DNA of 50,940 nt, taken from assembly GCA_017529005.1 (NCBI GenBank), contig JAFXOB010000225.1:1-50940 (forward strand), given 5' to 3'. Below, piece by piece: positions 26,891 to 36,735 of the stretch. A program made the translations under genes and the position numbers. Position 1 is the first letter of the stretch. Every line of letters starts with the position of its first letter. Below the pieces are notes generated by a model. The model saw only the letters and a program-made list of their open reading frames with translations, was not told where the DNA came from and did no database searches. The stretch comes from Elusimicrobiota bacterium (GTDB taxonomy: Bacteria > Elusimicrobiota > Endomicrobiia > Endomicrobiales > Endomicrobiaceae).

Positions 26891-29701
26891 TTATTTCCCG
26901 TAAATATGTTTTCTTAAAAATTGTCCCGTATAAGATTTTTCTATTGTCATTATTTTTTCCGGTGTTCCGCAACCTACTACTTTACCGCCGCCTATTCCGC
27001 CTTCAGGACCTAAATCTATAATCCAATCTGCCGTTTTAATAACATCCAAATTATGTTCTATAACCAAAACCGTATTTCCCGCATAAACCAATTTATGTAA
27101 TACATCAAGAAGTTTTGCGATATCCGCAAAGTGTAAACCGGTTGTAGGCTCATCAAGTATATATAACGTTCTTCCGGTAGATCTTCTTGAAAGTTCGGTT
27201 GCAAGTTTTATTCTTTGCGCTTCACCGCCGGACAATGTTGTTGACGATTGTCCTATTTTAATATAACCTAATCCCACATCGTTTAGTGTAGATAATATCT
27301 TGTGCAATTTAGGTATATTTTCAAAGAATTTTACACTTTCTTCAACTGTCATATTCAAAACTTCATCTATATTTTTACCTTTATATTTTATTTGTAAAGT
27401 TTCTTCATTAAATCTTCTCCCGCCGCAAACATCACACTTAACAAAAATATCGGGTAAAAACTGCATTTCTATTTGCAATGTCCCGTCACCTTGGCAATTT
27501 TCACATCTTCCGCCTTTAACATTAAATGAAAACCTGCCGGGCATATATCCTCTTACTTTTGCTTGCGGTGTTTGTGCAAAAAGATCTCTTATTAAAGAAA
27601 AGGCTCCGGTATATGTTACAGGATTAGATCTTGGAGTTCTGCCTATAGGAGACTGATCAACTATAACTACTTTATCTATATTTTCAAGGCCTTCTATACC
27701 TTTGTTTTTTCCCGGAACATCCTTTGCTCTGTAAAATTTTTGTGCTAACGATTTATATATAATTTCATGAACCAATGTGGATTTCCCGGAACCGGAAACT
27801 CCGGTTACACAAACAAAAAGTCCCAGCGGAATATCTACATTTATATTCTTTAAATTGAACTGACTTGCACCTTTTACCGATAACCACTTACCGTTAGTTT
27901 TTTTTCTTTTCGGTATAGGTATTGAAAGTTTTCCGTTAAGGTACTGTGCAGTAACAGAGTTTTTAAATTTCATAACTTCTTTCGGTGTACCGCTTGCAAC
28001 AACCTGACCGCCGTGAACACCCGCACCCGGCCCCAAATCTATTAAATAGTCTGCCGTTCTCATTGTATCTTCATCATGTTCAACAACAATTAAAGTGTTA
28101 CCTAAATCTCTTAATGTGGTTAATGTTTTCAGCAACATTGTATTATCTCTTTGATGAAGACCTATTGACGGTTCATCTAATACATAAAGAACTCCGGTAA
28201 GGCCGGAACCTATTTGTGTTGCCAAATGTATTCTTTGTGCTTCACCGCCGGAAAGAGTAGAACTTTGTCTGTCTAAACTTAAATATGAAAGGCCGACATT
28301 ATTTAAAAAGTTTAATCTTGCTTTTATTTCTTTTAAAATAACTTTTGATATTGTTTTTTCTTTTTCGGTAAGCTTTATATTATCAAAAAATTTCGTTGCC
28401 TGTTCCACCGACATTGCCGTTATATCCATAATGGATTTATCGTTTACAAGAACGGATAGTGCTTCTTTTTTTAATCTTTTACCATGACATGTAGGACAAA
28501 TTTTTGTAGACATATATTTTGAAAAAATTTCAGTTCTTACATAATCGGATTCGGTTTCATTGTATCTTCTTTGCATATTTGTAATAACACCTTCAAATTC
28601 TCCGTCTCCGTATAACAAAACTTCCTGCTGTTTTGATGTTAAATCTTTCCACGGTCTGTTCATGGGAATTCTGTTTCTTTTACAAGCATCTGTTATTAAC
28701 TCATAATAATAACCTGACCATGCACCTTTCCATCTGTGAGTTCTTGTTGTTACAGGTTCTGACCAAGCCTGTAATGCACCTTCGTTTACAGTCCTTGTTT
28801 TATCCGGGACAATTAAATCCGCATCTATTTCACTTTTTTCACCTATACCTGAGCAATCCGGACATGCACCATGCGGAGTATTAAAAGAAAAAAGTCTCGG
28901 TTCAATTTCGGAAATATTTATACCGCAATCTATACAAGCATAATGTTCACTGTAAGTTTTTTCTTCTTTTATATCTTTATTTTCGTTAACTATTGCAACT
29001 GTTACAAGACCTCTCGCCTGTTTAACTGTTGTCTCTATTGAATCCGCGATTCTTGTATGTACTTGTTTAGAAACTTTTATTCTGTCTATCAACAAATCTA
29101 TGTTATGTTTTTTGTATCTGTACAACTTTATTGTTTCATCAAGATTATAAATTTTTTTATCTACTCTTACTCTTGTAAAACCGTCTTTTAACAGTCTTGA
29201 AAAAAGTTCTTCGTAAGTTCCTATTTTACTTTTTACAAGCGGAGCAAGAATATATATCATTGTTCCTTCATCAAGTTTCATTACATCATTTATAATCTGT
29301 TGTGAACTTTGCGGGGTTACCTTTTTACCACATTTAGGGCAATGGGCTATACCTATTCTTGCATACAACAATCTTAAATAATCATAAATTTCGGTTACTG
29401 TTCCTACAATGGATCTCGGATTATGAGACGGATTTTTCTGTTCTATGGATATTGCGGGAGACAAACCTTCAATAATATCAACATCCGGTTTATCCATAAG
29501 GTCTAAAAATTGTCTTGCATAAGCAGACAAAGATTCAACATATCTTCTTTGCCCTTCAGCATAAATGGTATTAAAAGCAAGAGAAGATTTCCCCGAACCG
29601 GATAAACCTGTAACTACAACAAGTTTATTTTTAGGGATATCTATATCTATATTTTTTAAGTTGTGCTGACGAGCACCTCTTATCTTAATTATGTTTTCCA
29701 T
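26891..29701 (-). CDS. uvrA: Excinuclease ABC subunit A
   Basis: Two ABC modules (GLSGSGKSS / GVSGSGKST; LSGGEAQRI twice) and zinc modules ([20 protein letters not shown]...CDVCGG). The track start at 29716 is a TTG that overlaps the GGAG RBS, so ATG 29701 ([15 protein letters not shown]) is used. Confidence 0.95.
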   Translation of the reverse strand: MENIIKIRGARQHNLKNIDIDIPKNKLVVVTGLSGSGKSSLAFNTIYAEGQRRYVESLSAYARQFLDLMDKPDVDIIEGLSPAISIEQKNPSHNPRSIVGTVTEIYDYLRLLYARIGIAHCPKCGKKVTPQSSQQIINDVMKLDEGTMIYILAPLVKSKIGTYEELFSRLLKDGFTRVRVDKKIYNLDETIKLYRYKKHNIDLLIDRIKVSKQVHTRIADSIETTVKQARGLVTVAIVNENKDIKEEKTYSEHYACIDCGINISEIEPRLFSFNTPHGACPDCSGIGEKSEIDADLIVPDKTRTVNEGALQAWSEPVTTRTHRWKGAWSGYYYELITDACKRNRIPMNRPWKDLTSKQQEVLLYGDGEFEGVITNMQRRYNETESDYVRTEIFSKYMSTKICPTCHGKRLKKEALSVLVNDKSIMDITAMSVEQATKFFDNIKLTEKEKTISKVILKEIKARLNFLNNVGLSYLSLDRQSSTLSGGEAQRIHLATQIGSGLTGVLYVLDEPSIGLHQRDNTMLLKTLTTLRDLGNTLIVVEHDEDTMRTADYLIDLGPGAGVHGGQVVASGTPKEVMKFKNSVTAQYLNGKLSIPIPKRKKTNGKWLSVKGASQFNLKNINVDIPLGLFVCVTGVSGSGKSTLVHEIIYKSLAQKFYRAKDVPGKNKGIEGLENIDKVVIVDQSPIGRTPRSNPVTYTGAFSLIRDLFAQTPQAKVRGYMPGRFSFNVKGGRCENCQGDGTLQIEMQFLPDIFVKCDVCGGRRFNEETLQIKYKGKNIDEVLNMTVEESVKFFENIPKLHKILSTLNDVGLGYIKIGQSSTTLSGGEAQRIKLATELSRRSTGRTLYILDEPTTGLHFADIAKLLDVLHKLVYAGNTVLVIEHNLDVIKTADWIIDLGPEGGIGGGKVVGCGTPEKIMTIEKSYTGQFLRKHIYGK

Positions 29702-29736
29702 AAAAATTTGCTCCAAATTTTTATTCCAATTATAGC

Positions 29737-29846
29737 GACCTTAATATTTTGGTTATAATTTCGCAACTAACTCAATCGAGTACCGCATTCGCTTAAAGTA
29801 CACTTCATTCGTCAGTTGCTTCATTCTAACCTAAAATCTTAAGGTC
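29737..29846. other. Long imperfect inverted repeat (rod-like hairpin): candidate structured RNA / uvrA leader element or MITE-like insertion
   Basis: The outer arms GACCTTAATATTTTGGTT (29737-29754) and AACCTAAAATCTTAAGGTC (29828-29846) pair over 17 bp with 1 mismatch and 1 bulge. The inner arms GCAACTAAC (29763-29771) and GTCAGTTGC (29811-29819) pair over 9 bp. The region is visibly less AT-rich than the other intergenic DNA here. Confidence 0.4.
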
Positions 29847-29895
29847 TTTAACGACAACCAACAACAACGGCAAACGACAACAACGCCAAAAAGAT

Positions 29896-29904
29896 ATTAT
29901 AACA
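29896..29904 (-). promoter_or_regulatory. Extended -10 element (TGTTATAAT) upstream of the structured region and uvrA
   Basis: The minus strand reads TTTGTTATAAT, which fits TGnTATAAT, 36 nt after the nadB stop. No good -35 is present. Confidence 0.35.
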
Positions 29905-29939
29905 AATTTTGAAGATATTCGGTTAGTGTAATATATTGA

Positions 29940-31499
29940 TTACTTTTTTATGATTGTATCTTTTTTGATATTTGATTTTTTAGGATAATCAGTGTTGTAG
30001 TGAGCACCGCGACTTTCTTTTCTTGCCATGGCGGATTTTATTATAATTTCAGCCACATCCACAAGATTTTTTACTTCCAAAAGTTCCATACTTACTTTAA
30101 AATCTCTAAAATGGTTTTCAACTTCCTTTTTAACCATCTTTAATCTTCTTAAAGCCATTTTTAATCTTTCTTTCGTTCTTACAATACCGACATAATTAGA
30201 CATTAATCTTCTGATTTCTTCCCAGTGTTGTAACATTATTGTAGGATCCCCGTTACCGGTACTTTCGTTAATAAATTCTTTAATATTATCATTAAATTTT
30301 ATGTTAGGTAACAGTTCTTGAGTTTTTTTGTAAGCATAATGAGCAAAAACAAGACCATCAAGCAGCGAATTTGAAGCAAGTCTGTTTGCACCCTGCAGTC
30401 CGTTACAAGCATTTTCACCTATTGCAAAAAGATTTTGTATAGATGTTTGTCCGTCTTTATCTACTGTTATACCGCCGCAACAATAATGCGCCGCGGGAAC
30501 AACAGGTATCATATCTCTTGCCATATCTATTCCATAGAACAAACATTTTTCATATATATTCGGGAATCTTTTTACTATAAAATCTTCACCTCTGTGCCTT
30601 ATATCAAGATAAACAAATTTGTCACCGCTCTTTTTAAGTTCCGTATCTATTGCTCTTGAAACAATATCTCTCGGTGCCAAATCTTTTAAAGGATGATACT
30701 TTTGCATAAAAGGTTCACCTTTCTGATTTTTAAGTATAGCTCCTTCACCTCTTACGGCTTCGGAAATTAAAAAAGATTTTGCTACAGGGTTATATAAACA
30801 TGTAGGATGAAACTGTATAAATTCCATATTGGAAATATTTGCTCCGGCTCTGTATGCCATTGCTATACCGTCACCGGTTGCAACATCCGGATTTGATGTA
30901 TATAAAAAGACTTTACCGGTTCCTCCGCAGGCAAGAACAACTACTTTTGCCGAAAATATTTCTACAACAGATTTCTTTACATCATATACATAAGCGCCGC
31001 AACATTTTTTATTTTCGTCAACAATCAAATCTATTGCCATGTGGTCTTCATATATGGTTACATTTTTTGCTTTATGTATATTTTCCACCAAGACTTTTTC
31101 TATTTCTTCACCTGTAATATCTCCGGCATGAAGAACTCTTCTTTTACTGTGACCGCCTTCAAGACCAAGCTCAAATTCCGAACTGTTAGAATCTTTTTTT
31201 GCAAATTTCATTCCCATAGAAATAAGTTCTCGGATTCTTTCCGGTGCGGATTTTATAGCTATTTCAACTATTTCCTTATTGCAAAGTCCGTCACCTGCAA
31301 CAAGAGTATCTTGTATATGAGATTCAAACGTATCATTTTTATCAATAACACAAGCAACTCCGCCTTGTGCTTTACCTGTAGAAGAGTCAAACAATTTCTT
31401 TTTGGTAATAATCGTAACATCATTAGTTTTGCATGCTTTCAATGCAAAACTAAGACCTGCTATACCGCTGCCGATAACTAAATAATCCGTTTTTATCAT
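29940..31499 (-). CDS. nadB: L-aspartate oxidase
   Basis: FAD fold (VIGSGIAGL). Fumarate-reductase/succinate-dehydrogenase flavoprotein-like core (HYCCGGI, RLASNSLLDG) with no adjacent Fe-S subunit. 519 aa. Confidence 0.85.
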   Translation of the reverse strand: MIKTDYLVIGSGIAGLSFALKACKTNDVTIITKKKLFDSSTGKAQGGVACVIDKNDTFESHIQDTLVAGDGLCNKEIVEIAIKSAPERIRELISMGMKFAKKDSNSSEFELGLEGGHSKRRVLHAGDITGEEIEKVLVENIHKAKNVTIYEDHMAIDLIVDENKKCCGAYVYDVKKSVVEIFSAKVVVLACGGTGKVFLYTSNPDVATGDGIAMAYRAGANISNMEFIQFHPTCLYNPVAKSFLISEAVRGEGAILKNQKGEPFMQKYHPLKDLAPRDIVSRAIDTELKKSGDKFVYLDIRHRGEDFIVKRFPNIYEKCLFYGIDMARDMIPVVPAAHYCCGGITVDKDGQTSIQNLFAIGENACNGLQGANRLASNSLLDGLVFAHYAYKKTQELLPNIKFNDNIKEFINESTGNGDPTIMLQHWEEIRRLMSNYVGIVRTKERLKMALRRLKMVKKEVENHFRDFKVSMELLEVKNLVDVAEIIIKSAMARKESRGAHYNTDYPKKSNIKKDTIIKK

Positions 31500-31500
31500 C

Positions 31501-32028
31501 TTATTGTTGTTCTATTTTAAACCATTGAGTAAGTTCACTAAGCATATGTTTAGCTTTATCCGTTTCACCGCTGTCTATTGCAACTTTTATTGCATCTATT
31601 TTTTTTCTGTCTTCCGACACTGCATTTCTGACACCGGCAACAGCTTCGTTCATACTTGTTGCAAGTTCTATGGTTTCATCTTTTTGCCTATGATGAATAT
31701 TCATCGAAAAATCGCCGTCTTTTAATCTTGCCATAACTTTTTCAAAGAAAAATATAGGACCGATAAGTCTGTGAAAATAAAATATACTTTCTATTAAAAC
31801 TATCGCCATAAAGCCAAGTATTGCCCAAAAGAAACCGCTTGTATAAGACCTTACAAAATTTTTAACCGCCCCTGCACTAAGTTGATCCATTCCCGGCGAA
31901 TTCAGCAATGAATCCAAAAACATATAATAAATCAATATTGACGAAACAACAATAATGGCTGCCAAAATAAGCAAATACTTTATTTGCAACTTCGGTTTAA
32001 CAATATACTGTCTTCTTTTTATTGTCAT
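31501..32028 (-). CDS. Two-TM membrane protein with a HAMP-like domain and no output domain
   Basis: TM1 (LLILAAIIVVSSILIYYMF) and TM2 (FFWAILGFMAIVLIESIFYF) are followed by a HAMP-like segment (HRLIGPIFFFEKVMARLKDGDFSMNI...TIELATSMNEAVAGV). The protein is 175 aa in total. Confidence 0.6.
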   Translation of the reverse strand: MTIKRRQYIVKPKLQIKYLLILAAIIVVSSILIYYMFLDSLLNSPGMDQLSAGAVKNFVRSYTSGFFWAILGFMAIVLIESIFYFHRLIGPIFFFEKVMARLKDGDFSMNIHHRQKDETIELATSMNEAVAGVRNAVSEDRKKIDAIKVAIDSGETDKAKHMLSELTQWFKIEQQ

Positions 32029-32046
32029 TTTTCCCCCAAAAAATTT

Positions 32047-32889
32047 TTATTTTTTACAAACTATATTATCAATTAATCTTACATTACCCACTTTAACTGC
32101 AACAGCTATTACTATGGATTTATCTTTGTCCGTTACTTCGTTCAAATTTTCCGAATTTCTCAATTCCACATAATCTATTTTACTTTTAGGTATGGACAAT
32201 ATATTTTTTTCTATATTTTTTTTAATATCTTTCAGCTTTTTACCTTCACCAAACTGTTTTTTTGCCAAGTATAAAGATTTATATATACCGCAAGCATTTT
32301 GTTTATCCTGTTCGGATAAATAAGTATTCCTGCTCGACATTGCAAGGCCGGACTTTTCCCTTACTATCGGACAACCTATAACTTTTATGTTAAAGTTTAA
32401 ATCTTTCGCCATTTGTTTAACTATTATATATTGTTGATAATCTTTTAATCCGAAATATGCTCTTGTTGGCATGGCAATATTAAAAAGTTTTGAAACTACA
32501 GTACAAACACCTTGAAAATGTATAGGTCTTGTAACACCACACATTATTTTTGCTAATTTGTTATTGTATATATATGTCGAAAAATTGTCATTGTATAATG
32601 TTTGGTTTGTCGGTAAAAACAAAAAATCTACTTTATTATCTTTACAAACTTTAATATCGTGTTCTACAGGTCTTGGATATTTTTCATAATCTTCATTCGG
32701 ACCAAACTGTATAGGATTTACATATACAGATACAACCGTAACATCATTTTGTGATACAGACTTTTTCATTAACGATATGTGTCCGCAATGTAATGCTCCC
32801 ATAGTAGGAACAAGACCTACAGTTTTACCTTTCTTCTTTAATACTTCAATTGCTTTTTGTAATTCTTCCGGCTTTCTTATAATTTTCAT
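32047..32889 (-). CDS. panC: Pantoate--beta-alanine ligase
   Basis: GLVPTMGALHCGHISLM, VSVYVNPIQF and a SSRN motif. ATGA overlap with panB. Confidence 0.9.
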   Translation of the reverse strand: MKIIRKPEELQKAIEVLKKKGKTVGLVPTMGALHCGHISLMKKSVSQNDVTVVSVYVNPIQFGPNEDYEKYPRPVEHDIKVCKDNKVDFLFLPTNQTLYNDNFSTYIYNNKLAKIMCGVTRPIHFQGVCTVVSKLFNIAMPTRAYFGLKDYQQYIIVKQMAKDLNFNIKVIGCPIVREKSGLAMSSRNTYLSEQDKQNACGIYKSLYLAKKQFGEGKKLKDIKKNIEKNILSIPKSKIDYVELRNSENLNEVTDKDKSIVIAVAVKVGNVRLIDNIVCKK

Positions 32890-33677
32890 TTGTATGTATT
32901 TACCTCTTGTGGAAATTTTCCTTCTTTAACTTCTTTACTATATTGTTTTGTTGCATCTTGTATAATTTGTGCCAAGTTTGCATATTTTTTTACAAACTTA
33001 GGTGTAAAATCCGTAAACATTCCAAGCAAATCATCACTTACCAATACTTGTCCGTCACAGTATCTTCCTGCACCTATACCTATTGTCGGAATGTCCAATT
33101 TTTCAGTAACATCCTTTGCTATTGTTTCAGGAATACCTTCAAAAACTATCATTGATACACCGACTTTTTGCAACAATAAAGAATCTTCTAACAGTTTCTT
33201 TTGAGACTCTTCATCCCTGCACTGAACTTTGTATCCGCCCATCTTTTCTATAGATTGAGGCATAAGACCTAAATGTCCGACTATTTTTATCCCCTCATTA
33301 ATAATTGCTTTTATTGATTCTATAATTTCCAAACCGCCTTCAAGTTTTACCATATCGGCACCGGCATCTGTTAACTTTTTTGCATTTTCTGCTGCCGACT
33401 TAGGATTATCTTCATAAGATTTATAAGGCATATCCGCAACTACAACAACCTTATTTTTATTTGTTCCTCTTGCCGTAGCTTTTGTGTGGTGTATCATATC
33501 TTCCATAGTAACAGATAAGGTGTTTTCATAACCGAGCTTTGTCATACCGACAGAATCACCGACCAAAAACATATCTACATTTGAATCAGACATGATTTTT
33601 GCCATGGTAGCATCATAACATGTTACCATAACTATTTTTTCTTTATTTTTTTTCATTTCTAAAAAATTTTTTACCAT
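32886..33677 (-). CDS. panB: 3-methyl-2-oxobutanoate hydroxymethyltransferase
   Basis: IVMVTCYD, FLVGDSVGM and ADMVKLEGG. The track start at 33689 is TTG, so ATG 33677 (MVKNFLEMKK) is used. Confidence 0.9.
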   Translation of the reverse strand: MVKNFLEMKKNKEKIVMVTCYDATMAKIMSDSNVDMFLVGDSVGMTKLGYENTLSVTMEDMIHHTKATARGTNKNKVVVVADMPYKSYEDNPKSAAENAKKLTDAGADMVKLEGGLEIIESIKAIINEGIKIVGHLGLMPQSIEKMGGYKVQCRDEESQKKLLEDSLLLQKVGVSMIVFEGIPETIAKDVTEKLDIPTIGIGAGRYCDGQVLVSDDLLGMFTDFTPKFVKKYANLAQIIQDATKQYSKEVKEGKFPQEVNTYK

Positions 33678-33692
33678 TTTCGTTTCCAAACA

Positions 33693-35150
33693 CTAATTAT
33701 TAAAAAGTTTATAATCTACATTTTCCGTATCAAAATCCAACGGATTAAAGGCAGATGTTGCTATCAAATACCAACCTGTTGAAGACGAAGAGCAAACCCA
33801 AGTTCCGTTTTTACCTCTCGGTATTTCCCACTCATTTGCAAAGGTTGTAAATATTTGTTTATCTGTCGGTCTTTTGGATGTATACGGTAAAGATTTATCT
33901 ATCAAATTTATTATATTTGCTGCTTTTTCCATATTACTTAAAATTTCTATCGCTTGATTTTTATATTGTTGTGCTAAATCTTTCTTACCTGTTTTTTTTG
34001 CATATTGGGACATAGTTTGTAATGCCGTAATATGAAAACCTGTTCCTTCGAACCAAATCATTCTGTAATTTTTTCTTCTACCCTGCTGGTTGGTAAAATC
34101 GTAACCTTTTATTTCAATATCATCAATTTTATCCGTAACCAAATAATTGTCTTCGGCAAACTGCATCATATCAAAAGGATTTATTCCCAATTCTTCTAAT
34201 CTTTTAGGAGTAACTGCAGGTATAGTCCAAGAAACAGTATCTAAAGCATCCGTTCTGTCTAATCCGTTAGCATTATAACCCATATTAAAAGATTTTTTCT
34301 TTTTATCAAAAATAAGTTTTGTAAGCCATCTTTCAATATTTGACATTTCTTCATCTATATCTTTTAAAGAATATTTTGCTTTTTCGAAATAAGATTTAAC
34401 ATCTTTATTTGAATTGTTATAAATATATTTCAACATCCTTAACACCGCATAATAATCTATAACATTTTCCGTTGAATATACTGTAGACCAATCTGGTGGT
34501 TGCCAACCGTATCCCATACTGGGGCCACCTTTTTTCCCGTCAGAAAAATTATAATGTTTTATTTCTTTTGCCCATTTAACCATATCTATAAGAAACGGAA
34601 CAAAATCTGTTTTACCTGTTATTGCAGTATATTGTAAAACCGCAACAGCAATCCACATATTAGGGCCCAAATGAACTCTGTTACCGTCTATACCGGGTTT
34701 TAAACCAAAACGAGTTCTTTGCATATCTGTTCTGTAAACATTACACAAACCGATATTATCACCTTTTGAAATAGCAAATTCTCTTTGAAAAAGTCTAAAC
34801 AATTTTTCCGCTTTTTTATATTGCCCGGATAATATATAACTTAACGATGCTATAGAACTGTCATAAACAAAAGCCTGTGCATCAAGCACACCTTTTGAAC
34901 CGACTATAAAAGATCTTGTAAACAAATCGTAAGTATAGTTTGATGTTCCTCTAAAACTTTCTACAAGTCCGTTAACCGAAGAAGTTTGCCTGTCATAAAA
35001 ACTTGCCGTTCTCATTTGGTGTCTGTAAAAATCTTTATTCAGAGTATCGGTAGAAAATTGTTCTCTGTAAGACTTATCTACTATATCAATACAATAAGCC
35101 GTTGAAAAAACAAAAAGAATTGTTATAACAAAAAAAATTATTTTTTTCAT
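33693..35150 (-). CDS. Secreted hypothetical protein, possibly an alpha/alpha-toroid (glycoside-hydrolase-like) fold
   Basis: Signal peptide (IIFFVITILFVFSTAYC). Helix-rich, with Trp/Tyr-rich repeating segments (GPNMWIAVAVLQYTAITG, ENVIDYYAVLRML, WFEGTGFHITAL). The fold assignment is a guess from pattern only. Confidence 0.7.
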   Translation of the reverse strand: MKKIIFFVITILFVFSTAYCIDIVDKSYREQFSTDTLNKDFYRHQMRTASFYDRQTSSVNGLVESFRGTSNYTYDLFTRSFIVGSKGVLDAQAFVYDSSIASLSYILSGQYKKAEKLFRLFQREFAISKGDNIGLCNVYRTDMQRTRFGLKPGIDGNRVHLGPNMWIAVAVLQYTAITGKTDFVPFLIDMVKWAKEIKHYNFSDGKKGGPSMGYGWQPPDWSTVYSTENVIDYYAVLRMLKYIYNNSNKDVKSYFEKAKYSLKDIDEEMSNIERWLTKLIFDKKKKSFNMGYNANGLDRTDALDTVSWTIPAVTPKRLEELGINPFDMMQFAEDNYLVTDKIDDIEIKGYDFTNQQGRRKNYRMIWFEGTGFHITALQTMSQYAKKTGKKDLAQQYKNQAIEILSNMEKAANIINLIDKSLPYTSKRPTDKQIFTTFANEWEIPRGKNGTWVCSSSSTGWYLIATSAFNPLDFDTENVDYKLFNN

Positions 35151-35153
35151 AAT

Positions 35154-35193
35154 TTAAAAAAAGACACTATCTCTTAAAAAAGAGATTGTGTCT
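35154..35193 (-). terminator. Strong intrinsic terminator closing the 41.5-35.2 kb envelope operon
   Basis: The minus strand reads AGACACAATCTCTT-TTTT-AAGAGATAGTGTCT (14-bp stem, 1 mismatch) followed by TTTTTT. Confidence 0.75.
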
Positions 35194-35221
35194 ATATTAT
35201 ATCATTTATAAATATAAAAAA

Positions 35222-35575
35222 CTAACTGACAGTAACATCTACGGAAACTGTTACTCCCTGGCAAGACAATTTTATTGTTCCGCTACCTGTAGTTTCAGCC
35301 GTAAACTCTGTTTCTTTAGAACTTGCAGAATTAAAAGAACCTAAATCTGAAGGATCTACGGACCAATTAACCGGTTCATCTATTTCTTCCATTTTTATGT
35401 TTCTTATAATTGCTTTAAATTTATATGTATTACCAACACTCATTTCACCGGATTGACTGTCAACCTGTTCTATCTGTAAAACCATAGTATTGTCTGTAAG
35501 CTTATCTCTTTTAGTACAAGCAACAAAACAAACTGTTAAACAAATAAATAAAGATAATAATAAAATTTTTTTCAT
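35222..35575 (-). CDS. Small lipoprotein with bacterial Ig-like (Big_2-like) domain
   Basis: Lipobox (CFVAC). VNWSVDPSDLGSFNS...TAETTGSGTIKLSCQGVTVSVDVTV resembles the Big_2 signature. Confidence 0.7.
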   Translation of the reverse strand: MKKILLLSLFICLTVCFVACTKRDKLTDNTMVLQIEQVDSQSGEMSVGNTYKFKAIIRNIKMEEIDEPVNWSVDPSDLGSFNSASSKETEFTAETTGSGTIKLSCQGVTVSVDVTVS

Positions 35576-35590
35576 ATATTCTCTTCCAAA

Positions 35591-36076
35591 CTAAATAGAA
35601 AATCTGGTTTTATATCTTAACATAACACCATCTTTTCCATAAGTATCAACATTAAATTTTTCAAAAGCATATTTTTTTGATTCTTTCTTTGCAACAAAAT
35701 AAGCATCCACTATTGCAAATATCCATGTTGCAACCGCAATACAACCTAAAGTTCTTGAAGTATTTAAATCTTTTTCATAATCATCGTAATATGAAGAGTC
35801 TCTTGCGCCTAATCTTTCGTATTTCACATAATCACCATCAGCTTTGGCAAGATAATAAAATGTTCCGAAAACAGAAACCGCAAATACACCGAATACTATC
35901 CAAGCTTTTGTTTTTTGATTGTTCCAACTTTGTCCCCAACCCGGCATAACAGCAGAACGTAATGCAGCATTAATTTCCGTATATTCGGAAAAATCACAAG
36001 TAAGTGTACATGCGCTTGCATTCGTACAATTTAACAACATAACAGAGATAATAATTGCTATAAATTTTTTAACCAT
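35591..36076 (-). CDS. Membrane protein with PGWGQ motif (DUF5683-like), two TM helices
   Basis: Signal/lipobox-like N-terminus. SAVMPGWGQSWNNQKTKAW is followed by a TM segment, an acidic Tyr-rich loop and a second TM segment. Confidence 0.65.
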   Translation of the reverse strand: MVKKFIAIIISVMLLNCTNASACTLTCDFSEYTEINAALRSAVMPGWGQSWNNQKTKAWIVFGVFAVSVFGTFYYLAKADGDYVKYERLGARDSSYYDDYEKDLNTSRTLGCIAVATWIFAIVDAYFVAKKESKKYAFEKFNVDTYGKDGVMLRYKTRFSI

Positions 36077-36078
36077 AA

Positions 36079-36735
36079 TTAATCTTTAGTAAACCTTATA
36101 TCATCTAAATAAATTGTTCCGCCATTAGTTATACCATCCGATACCAACGATATTGCTATATCATATTCTATTTCAGTCATATCCTCAATATTTGGAAGAG
36201 GAATTACAATTTCAGTCCAATCTGCAGAAGAAATCTCATTTGCTTTTATTTCACGAACAACCCAAGGGCTGTCACTGCCGTTTCTCGGAATCTCTATTTT
36301 AAATGAACAATTATTATATAAAGTACCTCTTATCCAAAATTTTAAATTAGTATAATCACTGGTAGATAAATTAACAATTCCACCAGGATATTCCGTTGCC
36401 ATTAAACCAAAGCCGAAATAACTGCTGCCCGGATCATTAGAATTACCAACCCAAGTCAACTGCATACAATTTCTTCCCATTTTAGGATGATATTTGCATG
36501 CAAAATCAAGTTTTACTTTATCCCAATCCGCACAACCGGTATAACTTTCCCATTTAAACGGAGCCAACGAACCTTTTGTATTTATTTCATCATCATAAAG
36601 ATACCAAGGATCCGGCCAACTATCAATTTTTGCGGGAATTCCCAATAAAGCACTTACCGGATATCTTTCACATGAAGCAAAACATATTAAACAAATCAAA
36701 CAAAAAGATAATAATTTTAAAAAATTTTTATTCAT
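36079..36735 (-). CDS. Lipoprotein, divergent member (P4) of the tandem CBM-like beta-sandwich family
   Basis: Lipobox (CFASC). It shares the family landmarks NC.Q.TW, LKFWIRG, W.EI.IPL and the C-terminal IYLDDIRF. It overlaps the P3 stop by 8 nt. Confidence 0.8.
   Translation of the reverse strand: MNKNFLKLLSFCLICLICFASCERYPVSALLGIPAKIDSWPDPWYLYDDEINTKGSLAPFKWESYTGCADWDKVKLDFACKYHPKMGRNCMQLTWVGNSNDPGSSYFGFGLMATEYPGGIVNLSTSDYTNLKFWIRGTLYNNCSFKIEIPRNGSDSPWVVREIKANEISSADWTEIVIPLPNIEDMTEIEYDIAISLVSDGITNGGTIYLDDIRFTKD

Noticed and set aside
29717-29939. LexA/SOS box upstream of uvrA
   Set aside because: I looked for CTGT-N8-ACAG and GAAC-N4-GTTC type palindromes and found none. The only candidate is a partial AGTAC-N14-GTACA with non-canonical spacing, which is better explained as part of the hairpin.
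27300-31481. + strand ORFs inside uvrA and nadB (for example 27300..27656 and 31041..31481)
   Set aside because: They are antisense to highly conserved genes with clear motifs, so they are shadow ORFs.
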